A DNA stretch of 64,000 bases from Alphaproteobacteria bacterium. Lineage in GTDB: Bacteria; Pseudomonadota; Alphaproteobacteria; UBA828. A model generated the notes under the pieces. It did no database searches, was not told where the DNA came from, and saw nothing but the letters and a program-made list of their open reading frames with translations. A program made the translations under genes and the position numbers. Numbering within the stretch: position 1 is the stretch's first letter; every line of letters begins with the position of its first letter. This document shows, one piece after another, positions 41,172 through 50,375 of the stretch. The stretch lies in contig CBDCCI010000002.1 in NCBI GenBank assembly GCA_965214705.1, positions 1,600,001 through 1,664,000 of the forward strand, in the 5' to 3' direction.

Positions 41172-44048
41172 ATGAAGCCCTTGGCACCGCCGGCCGGCGA
41201 TGCGGAAGCCGACCATTCGACCCATCTGCTCCGCCTGATTGAGAGCCTGTACCGGGAGGTCCACCCCGGTCGCGCTCCGCCGCCAATATCTCTCGAGAGC
41301 AGGCTGACCGAGGATCTGGGCTTCGACAGCCTGGGACGCACGGAATTGCTGCTGCGCGTCGAACGGGAGTTTTCTGTCTCGCTGCCTGCAGAGACGCTGG
41401 CCGGGGTGGAGACCGCGGCCGATCTCTGGCGCGCCATCGAGGCGGCCGCTCCCCGGCGTGAACGCCGGATCGCGCAATCTGCAACGGCCGCGCTTCCGGG
41501 TCCGGTCGAATCGATACCGCGAGACGCCGGGACCCTGACCGAGACACTCGACTGGCAGGCGGCGGTCCACCCGGATCGTACCCACGTCTGGCTGACGGAA
41601 CGGGAAGGCGACTGCGAGACCATCAGCTACGCGCAGCTTCGCGAGCGGGCACTCGCCGTCGCGGGCGGGCTTCTGGAAGCCGGACTGACGCCGGGCGCCC
41701 GCGTTGCCCTGATGCTGCCCACGTGCGCCGGATTCCTCCATGCCTTCATCGGGATTCTCTATGCCGGGTGCGTCCCGGTTCCGATCTATCCGCCCGCGCG
41801 GCTGTCGCAGCTCGAAGATCATCTGCGCCGTCAGGCCGCGATCCTCGCGAATGCAGAGGCCGAACTGCTGATCACGGTGCGCGAAGGCCTCGCGCTGGCG
41901 CATTTCCTGCGCTCGACGGTCGAGAGCATGCGGTCGATCGAGACCGTGGACAGCTTGGTGGCCGCCGGCAGCTCGGAACGGGGTCCGGCCCGCAGCGCGG
42001 AGGACGTGGCCCTTGTTCAATACACCTCCGGCAGCACGGGGGATCCCAAAGGCGTGGTGCTCAGCCATGCCAATCTGCTCGCCAACATCCGCGCCATGGG
42101 TCAGGCCATGGCCGTCGAGCCCGACCGCGACTTCTTCGTCAGCTGGCTGCCGCTCTACCACGACATGGGACTGATCGGCGCGTGGCTCGGCAGCCTCTAT
42201 TTTGCGGTTCCGGTGTCGATCATGTCGCCGCTGGTGTTCCTGGCCCGGCCGGAGAGCTGGCTGTGGGAGATCCATGCGCGCCGGGGAACCCTGTCGGGAG
42301 CGCCGAACTTTGCCTATGACCTTTGCGCCCACCGCATCGACGACCGAGCGATCGAGGGGCTCGATCTGAGTTCGGCCCGGATGGTGGTGAACGGCGCGGA
42401 GCCCGTGCGGGCGTCGTCGGTTCGCGCCTTCTGCGAACGCTTCGCCGCCTACGGATTCGACCCCGGGGCTCTGTCCCCGGTCTACGGCCTGGCCGAGAAC
42501 AGCGTGGGTCTGGCGTTTCCGCCGCCCGGCCGGGGGCTGCTGTGCGACCGCATCGATCGAAGCGCGCTGGCGGCGCGCTCCGAAGCGGTGACGGTACCGG
42601 CCGGTCACGGCGATGCGCTGGAAGTGGTGGCGTGCGGCTCCCCGATCCCCGGACATCAGTTCCGGGTCGTCGACGAAAGCGGCCGCGAAGTGGCGGAACG
42701 CCGCCAGGGGCGGCTGCAATTCATGGGTCCCTCCGCGACCCGCGGCTATCGGCTCAGCGAGAAGGCGACGCGGGAGCTGTTCGACGGGGAGTGGCTGGAG
42801 ACCGGCGATCTGGCCTACGTCGCCGGGGGTGACGTCTATCTCACGGGCAGGATCAAGGACGTCATCATTCGGGGCGGCCGCAACATCTACCCGCACGAGG
42901 TGGAGGCCGCCGTCGGGGACCTGAAGGGCGTTCGGCGGGGATGCGTCGCGGTGTTCGCTGCCTCCGTTGCGGACGAGGCCGAAAGGCTTGTGGTGGTCGC
43001 GGAGACGCGCGAGGAGTCCGGCGAGACCCGTGCGCGGCTGCGACGCGACGTCGAGGCGGCGGCCTTGGACGTCGCGGGAGTGGCGCCGGACGAGGTCGTG
43101 CTCGCGCCGCCGCGCTCCGTGCTCAAGACCTCGAGCGGCAAGGTGAGGCGCGGCGCCACCCGCGCGCGCTACCTGGAAGGGCGTCTGGAGAGACCCGGCG
43201 CCGCACTGTGGTGGCAGCTCGTTCGCCTGGCGCTGTCGGGAATGGCGGCCAGGGTTTCCGCGGCGCACCGCGCGATCCTGGACCGTGCATTCGCCGCTTA
43301 CTGGTGGGCGGTGCTGGCTGCGCTGGCGCTGGTCGTTTGGCCTTCGGCGGTCGCATTGCCGCGGCGTGCGTGGCGCTGGCGGGCGCTCCGCGTCGCCGCT
43401 CACCTGATGTTGAAGCTCACGGGCACGCGCTTGACGGTGGATGGCGGGATCGGGGCGGAGCGAGGCGTGATCGTCGTGGCCAATCACTGCAGCTACTTCG
43501 ACAGTCTGGCGCTGGTGGCGGCCCTGCCCGGCGAGACCGCGTTCGTCGCCAAGGCAGAGTTGGCGCCGCAGCTCTTTGCAGGGACGCTGCTGCGGCGCAT
43601 CGGCACGCTGTTCGTGGAGCGGTTCGACGAGACGCGCGGGGTCAGCGATCTCGACGTCGTGATCGAGGCGGCCCGCGCGGGGCGGCGGGTGGCGGTCTAC
43701 CCGGAAGGGACCCTGACCCGACGCCCCGGCCTCCTCGCTTTCAAGCTCGGTGCTTTCGCCGTCGCCGCCGCTGCAGACGTTCCCGTGGTGCCGGTGACGC
43801 TGCGCGGTACCCGGTCGATACTGCGGGGCAGGCAATGGTTTCCCCGCCCCGGAAACGTGCATGTGACGATCGGCCCTCCGCTCGATGCGAGAGGACCGGG
43901 CTTCGACGCGGCGATCCGGCTGCGGGACGAGGCGCGGGCTGCGATCCTGGCCACCTGCGGGGAGCCGGATCTCGCCGAGGAAGCGACCCTGCTGGCGGAT
44001 CGCAGGAAGAGACGGCCGTCGTTGGCCGGCGGTGCCGCCGCGTCCTGA
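41172..44048 (+). CDS. Fused ACP - fatty acyl-AMP ligase - PlsC-type acyltransferase
   Basis: ACP LGFDSL; QYTSGSTGDPKG, SWLPLYHDMGLIG, YGLAE, TGDL, KTSSGK; acyltransferase NHCSYFD, YPEGT. Confidence 0.92.
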   Translation: MKPLAPPAGDAEADHSTHLLRLIESLYREVHPGRAPPPISLESRLTEDLGFDSLGRTELLLRVEREFSVSLPAETLAGVETAADLWRAIEAAAPRRERRIAQSATAALPGPVESIPRDAGTLTETLDWQAAVHPDRTHVWLTEREGDCETISYAQLRERALAVAGGLLEAGLTPGARVALMLPTCAGFLHAFIGILYAGCVPVPIYPPARLSQLEDHLRRQAAILANAEAELLITVREGLALAHFLRSTVESMRSIETVDSLVAAGSSERGPARSAEDVALVQYTSGSTGDPKGVVLSHANLLANIRAMGQAMAVEPDRDFFVSWLPLYHDMGLIGAWLGSLYFAVPVSIMSPLVFLARPESWLWEIHARRGTLSGAPNFAYDLCAHRIDDRAIEGLDLSSARMVVNGAEPVRASSVRAFCERFAAYGFDPGALSPVYGLAENSVGLAFPPPGRGLLCDRIDRSALAARSEAVTVPAGHGDALEVVACGSPIPGHQFRVVDESGREVAERRQGRLQFMGPSATRGYRLSEKATRELFDGEWLETGDLAYVAGGDVYLTGRIKDVIIRGGRNIYPHEVEAAVGDLKGVRRGCVAVFAASVADEAERLVVVAETREESGETRARLRRDVEAAALDVAGVAPDEVVLAPPRSVLKTSSGKVRRGATRARYLEGRLERPGAALWWQLVRLALSGMAARVSAAHRAILDRAFAAYWWAVLAALALVVWPSAVALPRRAWRWRALRVAAHLMLKLTGTRLTVDGGIGAERGVIVVANHCSYFDSLALVAALPGETAFVAKAELAPQLFAGTLLRRIGTLFVERFDETRGVSDLDVVIEAARAGRRVAVYPEGTLTRRPGLLAFKLGAFAVAAAADVPVVPVTLRGTRSILRGRQWFPRPGNVHVTIGPPLDARGPGFDAAIRLRDEARAAILATCGEPDLAEEATLLADRRKRRPSLAGGAAAS

Positions 44049-44145
44049 GGGCGCGGTGTGCCGAGGGTAGCGCTGCCGGCAGATCGACACCCCGACAGCG
44101 TGTCCTTAGAGTGTCGTGGACAGGGCGGGTCGCCGGGGGAACGGC

Positions 44146-45501
44146 ATGCGGGGCAAGCGCAAGGCCATATGGGGGTGGATGTTCTTCGACTGGGCAGCCC
44201 AGCCCTTCTACACGCTCGTCCTCACGTTCGTCTTCGGTCCCTATTTCGTGTCCGAAGTGGTTGCCGATCCCGCGCAGGGCCAGGCCCTGTGGGGTCTTGC
44301 GATCGCGGTGGGCTCGATCGTCGTCGCGCTGACGGCTCCTCTGCTGGGCGCCGTCGCCGACGCGAGAGGACCGCGCAAGCCGTGGATCGTCGGCTTCTCC
44401 GTCCTCTATGTCGCCGGCGCCGCCGGGCTTTGGATGGCAGCGCCGGGATCGGCCGACCTTACGGTGATCCTGTTCTTCCTCGTTCTTGCCCTGATCGGGG
44501 CCGAGTTCACGGGAGTGTTCACCAACGCTGCCTTGCCGTCGCTCGGCGGCAAGGACGAAATCGGCCGCATTTCCGGCTCCGGCTGGGCGCTGGGATATTG
44601 GGGAGGGTTGGCGAGTCTCGTGATCGTGCTCGGTCTGATGGCGCCGGTGCCGGGATCGGAGAGAACCGTGACCGGCCTCGTCCCGATCTTCGGCCTCGAC
44701 CCCGCGCTGGGCGAGGGCGCCCGCGCCGCCGGCCTGCTGTCGGCCGTCTGGTACATCGTTTTCATCGTCCCGTTCTTTCTCTGGACCCCCGACACGAAGC
44801 GCCAGGCCCCGGCCACGAACACCGTCATTCGGGGGTTGAAGGACCTGAAGGATACTCTGGCTTCCCTGCCTTCGCGGGGCAGCTTCCTCGTCTATCTCGC
44901 CTCCTCGATGTTCTACCGCGACGCGCTCGGCGGGCTCTTCATCTTCGGCGGCATCTACGCGGCGGGCGTTCTGGAATGGGGCATGTTCGAGCTCGGCGTA
45001 TTCGGGGTGGTCGGCCTCGTCGCCGGCGCGGCTGGAGCCTGGATCGGCGGCTGGGCCGACGTGCGGTTCGGACCGAAACCCGTGATCGTCGCCACCATCC
45101 TCGCGTTGATGATCTTCTCCTTCATCATCATCACCACCGGCCCGGACGAAGTTCTGTTCATCGGCGTCGGCACCGCCGAGGCGCCATCGAGCCTGCCGAC
45201 CATCGTGTTCTACGTCTGCGGTGCGGTTATCGGGGCGGCGGGAGGGCCGCTCCAGGCGGCGTCCCGAACCATGCTCGTGCGGCAGGCCGGAGAGGAGCGA
45301 ATGACGGAGGCGTTCGGTCTCTACGCTCTGGCCGGCAAGGTGACCTCTTTCGTGGCTCCTCTACTGGTCGCATTCGCCACCGACGCAAGCGGCAGCCAGC
45401 GCGTCGGTGTCACGCCGATCCTGGCCCTCTTCCTCGTCGGCCTGGTCCTCATGGTCTGGGTGCGGTCCGACGGCGCGGAGGCCCGTCACCGGCAGGCCTG
45501 A
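44146..45501 (+). CDS. MFS transporter (UMF1/Atg22-like)
   Basis: WMFFDWA, GRISGSGWALGYWGG, QAASRT, EAFGLYALAGK. Confidence 0.9.
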   Translation: MRGKRKAIWGWMFFDWAAQPFYTLVLTFVFGPYFVSEVVADPAQGQALWGLAIAVGSIVVALTAPLLGAVADARGPRKPWIVGFSVLYVAGAAGLWMAAPGSADLTVILFFLVLALIGAEFTGVFTNAALPSLGGKDEIGRISGSGWALGYWGGLASLVIVLGLMAPVPGSERTVTGLVPIFGLDPALGEGARAAGLLSAVWYIVFIVPFFLWTPDTKRQAPATNTVIRGLKDLKDTLASLPSRGSFLVYLASSMFYRDALGGLFIFGGIYAAGVLEWGMFELGVFGVVGLVAGAAGAWIGGWADVRFGPKPVIVATILALMIFSFIIITTGPDEVLFIGVGTAEAPSSLPTIVFYVCGAVIGAAGGPLQAASRTMLVRQAGEERMTEAFGLYALAGKVTSFVAPLLVAFATDASGSQRVGVTPILALFLVGLVLMVWVRSDGAEARHRQA

Positions 45502-45769
45502 TCGAAGAGAATCCAGCGGGCGATGACGGCAACGACTTCGGGCGGAGCCGATCGCAAGGCGATGTCCGCAGGGGGACGGATCCTGAACATCGGAGGAGGC
45601 TCGGTGAAAGTCGTTGCAGTCGCCGTCGCAGCCCTCGCGGTCGTCATCGCACCTACGCTTGCTCCGGCGGCCGACATGGCCAAGGGGGAAACTATCAACA
45701 CCGATGGTGCGGTCATCGTCAAGGCCAGCTTCGAGCAGACAACGACCGGCGTGCTCATGTGCGTCGTCG

Positions 45770-46289
45770 TCGGACTGCCGGATACCGACGGCATTGAGCT
45801 CATGGAACAGGTCCCGGGACTCACCTACCTGCCGGTCATCTTCATCTCCGCCTACGGTCGCGGCGAGACGATCGCGCGCGCCTTCGAGAGCGGCACCGCC
45901 GACTACATAGTCAAGCCCTTCTCGCCGACCGAGCTCACCGCGCGGGTCAGGCGGCGCTGCGCAGCCGCTCCGGACCCGAGCCCTTCGTGCTCCGCGAGCT
46001 CGTCATCGACTACGAGCGGCGACGGGTGACGGCGGGCGGGGAGGCGGTGCCGCTCACCGCCACCGAGTACGAGCTGTTGCGTATCCTGTCCGTCAACGCC
46101 GGGCGGGTGGTGACCAACGAATCGCTGCTCCGCCAGGGATGGGGCGCGCGCAGCGCCGGCGACACCGAGCCGGTGCGCGCCTTCGTGATGAAGCTTCGCG
46201 CGAAACTCGGCGACGACACGGCGAGTCCCGTCTACATCTTCAACGAGCGCGGCGTCGGCTACCGCATGCCGAAGCCCGGAGACGAATGA
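45770..46289 (+). pseudogene. OmpR/KdpE-type response regulator remnant (5'-truncated and frameshifted)
   Basis: LPDTDGIELM...PVIFISA...ADYIVKPFSPTELTARVR, then a frameshift near 45950 to LTATEYELL...YIFNERGVGYRM; the phospho-acceptor Asp region is missing. Confidence 0.85.
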
Positions 46290-46613
46290 GGACCTACAGC
46301 CGAGTCCAGCGCTTCATCAGCAACACCCTCATGTCGGTGATCGCGTCTTCGCGCCCTCAATCGATCAAGAGGTCATGATCCCACCGGTGCTGTGATGAAC
46401 CCAGCGCGGCTTCGCCAAACGTATATGTTCGGTCAGCGAGTGATGGAGCGGAACACTACCGCTGCCGAGGTGACGGAAGCGCCGGGCCAAACGGGGCTCG
46501 TTCAGGACGCTGAGCAACATCGACTACGATTCCCAACTCGGTGACCGAACGAACACCGCCAAACAGATACACCTCCACGCGCACCTTCGGTGCTATGACA
46601 CTGATACAGAGTT

Positions 46614-46697
46614 GCTTTTCCTCTCCCACAGATGCGGATGGAAGCGGTTTCCAGAGCCGTTTCCGCCCCGCCTGCAACCGTTCAGGGGAGGAAAAGC
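46614..46697 (+). promoter_or_regulatory. Long stem-loop sequestering the integrase ribosome-binding site
   Basis: GCTTTTCCTCTCC pairs with GGGGAGGAAAAGC (contains the SD); inner stem GGAAGCGGTT/AGCCGTTTCC with G-U pairs. Confidence 0.6.
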
Positions 46698-46699
46698 CC

Positions 46700-47821
46700 A
46701 TGCCCACCGTCAAGCTCGACCAGCGCCGGGTCGATGCGCTGAAACCCCGCAAGCGCGCCTATGACGTGCGCGACAGGAACCTTAAGGGCTTCGGCCTGCG
46801 GGTCTGGCCGTCGGGAAAGAAACGCTACTTCGTCCACAGCCAATACGAGGGCCGGCGCGTCTGGAAGACCGTCGCCTGTGCCGAGAGCACGAGCGCCGGC
46901 GACGCCCGTGCGCAGGCCGCCACGATGCTGGCCGCGATCCGGCGAGGCGGCAACGCATCCCCGTCGCCCAAGCAAGCCGTGTTCGAGGCCGTCGCCGACG
47001 AGGTCTTCACCCGCTACGCGCGAAACTGGAAGCCCGGCACTCTCAAGGTCAGCCGGAACTACTACCGCAACCATATCCTGCCGCGCTTCAAGGGCCGCCC
47101 GATCACCGGCATCGACAGCCGCGACGTTCGGCAGTGGTTCGCATCGCTCCACGCGACGCCCGCGGCGGCGGACCGCTCCGCTCCGATCCTGTCCGTCATC
47201 ATGCGCCAAGCCGAGATCTACGGCTATCGCCCGGAAGGCAGCAACCCGTGCAAGGGCATCAAGCGATACCGGCGCCAGGGGCGCGAACGGTTCCTGTCGG
47301 CGGCGGAGATGCGCAGCCTGGCGGCGGCACTCGGCCGCTTCGAGGCCGATCGTCCACAGCAGGTCGCCATCATCAGGCTGCTGTTGCTGACCGGGTGTCG
47401 CGGCAGCGAGGTTCGCACGCTGAAGTGGCGCTACCGGCGCGAGGGCAAGCTGTTCCTGCCCGATAGCAAGACCGGGCCGCGAACCATCTGGTTGTCGTCC
47501 GCTGCCCGCGCGGTCCTGGACCGCGTGCCGCAAACCGCAAGCTGGATCTTCCCCTCGCCACGGACGGACGGTCCCCTCAGCCATGGCGGCCTCGACGGAG
47601 CGTGGCAACAAATTCGCGAGGAAGCCGACTTGCGCGATGTGCGCCTTCATGACCTGCGCCACACCTACGCCAGCATCGCCCTCCAGCACGGCGAGACCGT
47701 CCCGACCATCGGCCAGCTGCTCGGTCACGGCCATCCCGCGACCACCCTGAAATACATGCACTTGGCGGACGCCACGGTGCGCGAGTCGGTCGAAACCGTC
47801 GGCGCGGTTCTGGAGGGTTGA
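46700..47821 (+). CDS. Tyrosine recombinase/integrase 1 (arm-binding N-terminus)
   Basis: GFGLRVWPSGKK, LLTGCRGSE, DSKTG, HDLRHTYAS, LLGH...TLKY. Confidence 0.93.
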   Translation: MPTVKLDQRRVDALKPRKRAYDVRDRNLKGFGLRVWPSGKKRYFVHSQYEGRRVWKTVACAESTSAGDARAQAATMLAAIRRGGNASPSPKQAVFEAVADEVFTRYARNWKPGTLKVSRNYYRNHILPRFKGRPITGIDSRDVRQWFASLHATPAAADRSAPILSVIMRQAEIYGYRPEGSNPCKGIKRYRRQGRERFLSAAEMRSLAAALGRFEADRPQQVAIIRLLLLTGCRGSEVRTLKWRYRREGKLFLPDSKTGPRTIWLSSAARAVLDRVPQTASWIFPSPRTDGPLSHGGLDGAWQQIREEADLRDVRLHDLRHTYASIALQHGETVPTIGQLLGHGHPATTLKYMHLADATVRESVETVGAVLEG

Positions 47822-47824
47822 GCC

Positions 47825-49003
47825 ATGACCAGGGCGAGAAAGATGCGCCTGACTGACGCCGGCGTCGCCAAGCTCAAGCCCGCCGCGAGCGAATACACGG
47901 TCTGGGATGTGCGCGTGCCCGGTCTCGGGGTCCGTGTCCGCCCGTCGGGGCATCGTGGTTACGTCCATCATGTCAAGGTGGGCGGTCGCGCGAGGCGCGT
48001 CACGCTCGGGCCGGCGGCGCTGAAGACCGTCGCAGAGGCGCGCCGGGAATGCCTGGAGCTCGAGGTCGCCGGGAAAGGTGGCGAAGGGGCCGGGAGCGCG
48101 CGCGGCAAGACGCCGACCTTCGCCGCCTTCGTCGCCGGTCCGTGGAAGTCGGCGTGCCTCGACCGATACAAGCCGGCGACGCGAAAGAGCGCGCGCTCCT
48201 CCTTGAGAAGCCAGTTGCTGCCGGCCTTCGGAGACCTGCCGCTCGACCGCATCGACCGAATGCGCGTCTGCCGCTGGTTCGACGACTACAGCCGCACTGC
48301 GCCAGGCGGCGCCAACCATGCGCTCGACACTCTCCGCGGGATCATGAACCACGCCATCGCCCTCGGCCATGTCGAGACGAACCCGGCCCGCGACGCGAAG
48401 CCGAACCCGCGCGCAGCGCTGACCCGCTTCCTGTCGCAAGAGGAGATCGCCCGCCTTCACCGGATCCTCGATGGTTATACGTCCGGTCGCGCGTCGCGCC
48501 GGCGGCAGGCGGACATCATTCGTCTGCTGCTATTGACGGGCTGCCGGAAAGGCGAGATCGTGACCCTGCGCTGGCGCGAGGTCGAAGGCGATACCCTCAA
48601 TTTGGCGGACGGCAAGAACGGGCCGCGCAAGGTCTTCCTGAATGCGCCGGCACGGGCCGTTATCGAGCGCCAGCCTCGGACGGACAGCCCCTTCGTGTTC
48701 CCGTCGCCCCGAGATCCGGAGCGCGCGTGTTCGCCCAACCTGCCTCTGTGGTATTCGGTGCGCAAGGAGGCCGGGATCGAAGACGTGCGCCTGCATGACC
48801 TTCGTCACACCTTCGCCAGCCACGCCGTGCTGCAAGGCATCCCGCTGCCGGTAGTATCCCGCCTGCTCGGCCACAGGCAGCCGAGTATGACGCTTCGCTA
48901 CGCTCATGTCGGCGACCGGGAGACCGAGGCGGCGGCGGAGCGCATCGGTATAACCATCGATCAGATACTGGATGGTAGTACGGCTAGCACAACAGGCGAC
49001 TGA
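47825..49003 (+). CDS. Tyrosine recombinase/integrase 2 (arm-binding N-terminus)
   Basis: WDVRVPGLGVRVRPSG, LLTGCRKGE, DGKNG, HDLRHTFAS, LLGH...TLRY. Confidence 0.93.
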   Translation: MTRARKMRLTDAGVAKLKPAASEYTVWDVRVPGLGVRVRPSGHRGYVHHVKVGGRARRVTLGPAALKTVAEARRECLELEVAGKGGEGAGSARGKTPTFAAFVAGPWKSACLDRYKPATRKSARSSLRSQLLPAFGDLPLDRIDRMRVCRWFDDYSRTAPGGANHALDTLRGIMNHAIALGHVETNPARDAKPNPRAALTRFLSQEEIARLHRILDGYTSGRASRRRQADIIRLLLLTGCRKGEIVTLRWREVEGDTLNLADGKNGPRKVFLNAPARAVIERQPRTDSPFVFPSPRDPERACSPNLPLWYSVRKEAGIEDVRLHDLRHTFASHAVLQGIPLPVVSRLLGHRQPSMTLRYAHVGDRETEAAAERIGITIDQILDGSTASTTGD

Positions 49004-49034
49004 CTCGAAGCACTCGTGTCCGCGCCGTCAACGC

Positions 49035-49069
49035 ACTTCAAAGAGGCCAGGGCCGAGAGAACCGGATAG
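49035..49069 (-). CRISPR. Isolated degenerate copy of the CRISPR repeat
   Basis: ACTTCAAAGAGGCCAGGGCCGAGAGAACCGGATAG versus GCTTCAATGAGGCCGGGGCGACAAAGCCCCGGAATT: 16 of the first 19 identical plus CCGGA; same orientation as the array. Confidence 0.6.
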
Positions 49070-49179
49070 CCTCGTTGCTTGGTGGCGATGCAGATAGCCC
49101 TGAAGAAGGTCGGCGATGATGGTTGGTGGTCCGCCCACCACCCGCCGTCGCCGGATTGCCTCAGGCAAGAACAGGGCGT

Positions 49180-49211
49180 ACACAGTGCAGCGCACACAGT
49201 GCAGCGCACAC
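49180..49211. repeat. 14-bp tandem direct repeat (about 2.3 copies) upstream of cmr1
   Basis: ACACAGTGCAGCGC ACACAGTGCAGCGC ACAC. Confidence 0.85.
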
Positions 49212-49247
49212 CATTGATTCTCACGACGCACTTGGCCGAGACGTCAG

Positions 49248-50375
49248 ATGAAACACGTTGAAGCCCATTTCAAGGTCGTGACGCCGTGCTTCGTCGGTTC
49301 GGGCGGGGATGACGCGGAAGTACGGGTTCCCTCGATCAAGGGCGCGCTGCGCTTTTGGTGGCGTGCGCTCGCGTGGGCGCGGTACGCCGGCGCGGATGGA
49401 GCCACAGATACGGTCCGGCGCATGAGGGAGCGAGAGCACGCATTATTCGGCTCCAGCGACATGGGACAGAGCCGGATCGCGATGCGGCTCGACACGAAGG
49501 CTATGCCCAGGATCGTGGAAAAGGACAAGGTTCTGCCTGTCGGCCCCGGCGCCCGCTATCTCGGCTACGGGGTCATGAAAGCCTTTGGGAGCAAGGGCAC
49601 CAAGCCGGGACAGTTGGTCCGTCCGTGCCTCGAAGCGCCCTTCGAGTTCTCCTTGCGGATCGCCGCGCGGGATGCGGAGGCATTGAACGAAGTCGAACCC
49701 GCACTACGGCTTTTCGGCTTGGTCGGTGGGGTAGGCGCCCGGTCCCGCAAGGGCTATGGCAGCCTCGCCCTGACCGCCCTCGAAGGCGACGGTGTCGCCG
49801 ACTGGCGGCCGCCCCGGGATATCGGGGCGTACCGCAGCCACTTGAGCGCGCTGTTGAAGGGCGCGGAGGCCGCCGACCGCGAGCCGGAGATCAGCGCGTT
49901 TTCGGCATGGACGCGCGTCGATCTGATGTTCGAGGATGTCCGCACACCCGCGAAGGTTCTCGACGAATACGGCAAGACGATGGTGCGCTACCGAAGCTGG
50001 GGCCGAAAGGGAAAGATTCTCGACGGCGAACAATCCACATGTCGTTTCCCCGAGGATCATGCCTGGATGAAGGGCGAGAAGACAGCGGACGACTTTCACC
50101 CGCGGCGGGCGGTGTTCGGGCTGCCGCACAACTACGGGAGGCACATTGAGGTTAAGCCGGAACGGCCCGACCGGCGCGCGAGCCCTCTCTTCTTCCATGT
50201 CCACGAAATCGGCGGCCGGTATGCGGGTGTCGCGTTGCTGCTGCGGTCGCGTTTTCTGCCCGAAGGCGAGAAGATCAAGGCGCGCGGCAAGGCCGTTCCC
50301 GCCAGACCCGACTGGAGCGTGTTGACGACATTTCTGAACGAAAACCGCAAACGCCGGCTTTGGCCCGATGGCTGA
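49248..50375 (+). CDS. cmr1: Type III-B CRISPR RAMP protein Cmr1
   Basis: VTPCFVG, RVPSIKGALRFWWRA, GGVGARSRKGYGS, FGLP, RRASPL. Confidence 0.93.
   Translation: MKHVEAHFKVVTPCFVGSGGDDAEVRVPSIKGALRFWWRALAWARYAGADGATDTVRRMREREHALFGSSDMGQSRIAMRLDTKAMPRIVEKDKVLPVGPGARYLGYGVMKAFGSKGTKPGQLVRPCLEAPFEFSLRIAARDAEALNEVEPALRLFGLVGGVGARSRKGYGSLALTALEGDGVADWRPPRDIGAYRSHLSALLKGAEAADREPEISAFSAWTRVDLMFEDVRTPAKVLDEYGKTMVRYRSWGRKGKILDGEQSTCRFPEDHAWMKGEKTADDFHPRRAVFGLPHNYGRHIEVKPERPDRRASPLFFHVHEIGGRYAGVALLLRSRFLPEGEKIKARGKAVPARPDWSVLTTFLNENRKRRLWPDG

Noticed and set aside
40965-44090. 1041-aa minus-strand ORF, and similar long antisense ORFs (22004-24697, 26924-29212, 17219-18832, 46682-48460)
   Set aside because: Shadow frames of clear genes on the opposite strand in high-GC DNA; no motifs.
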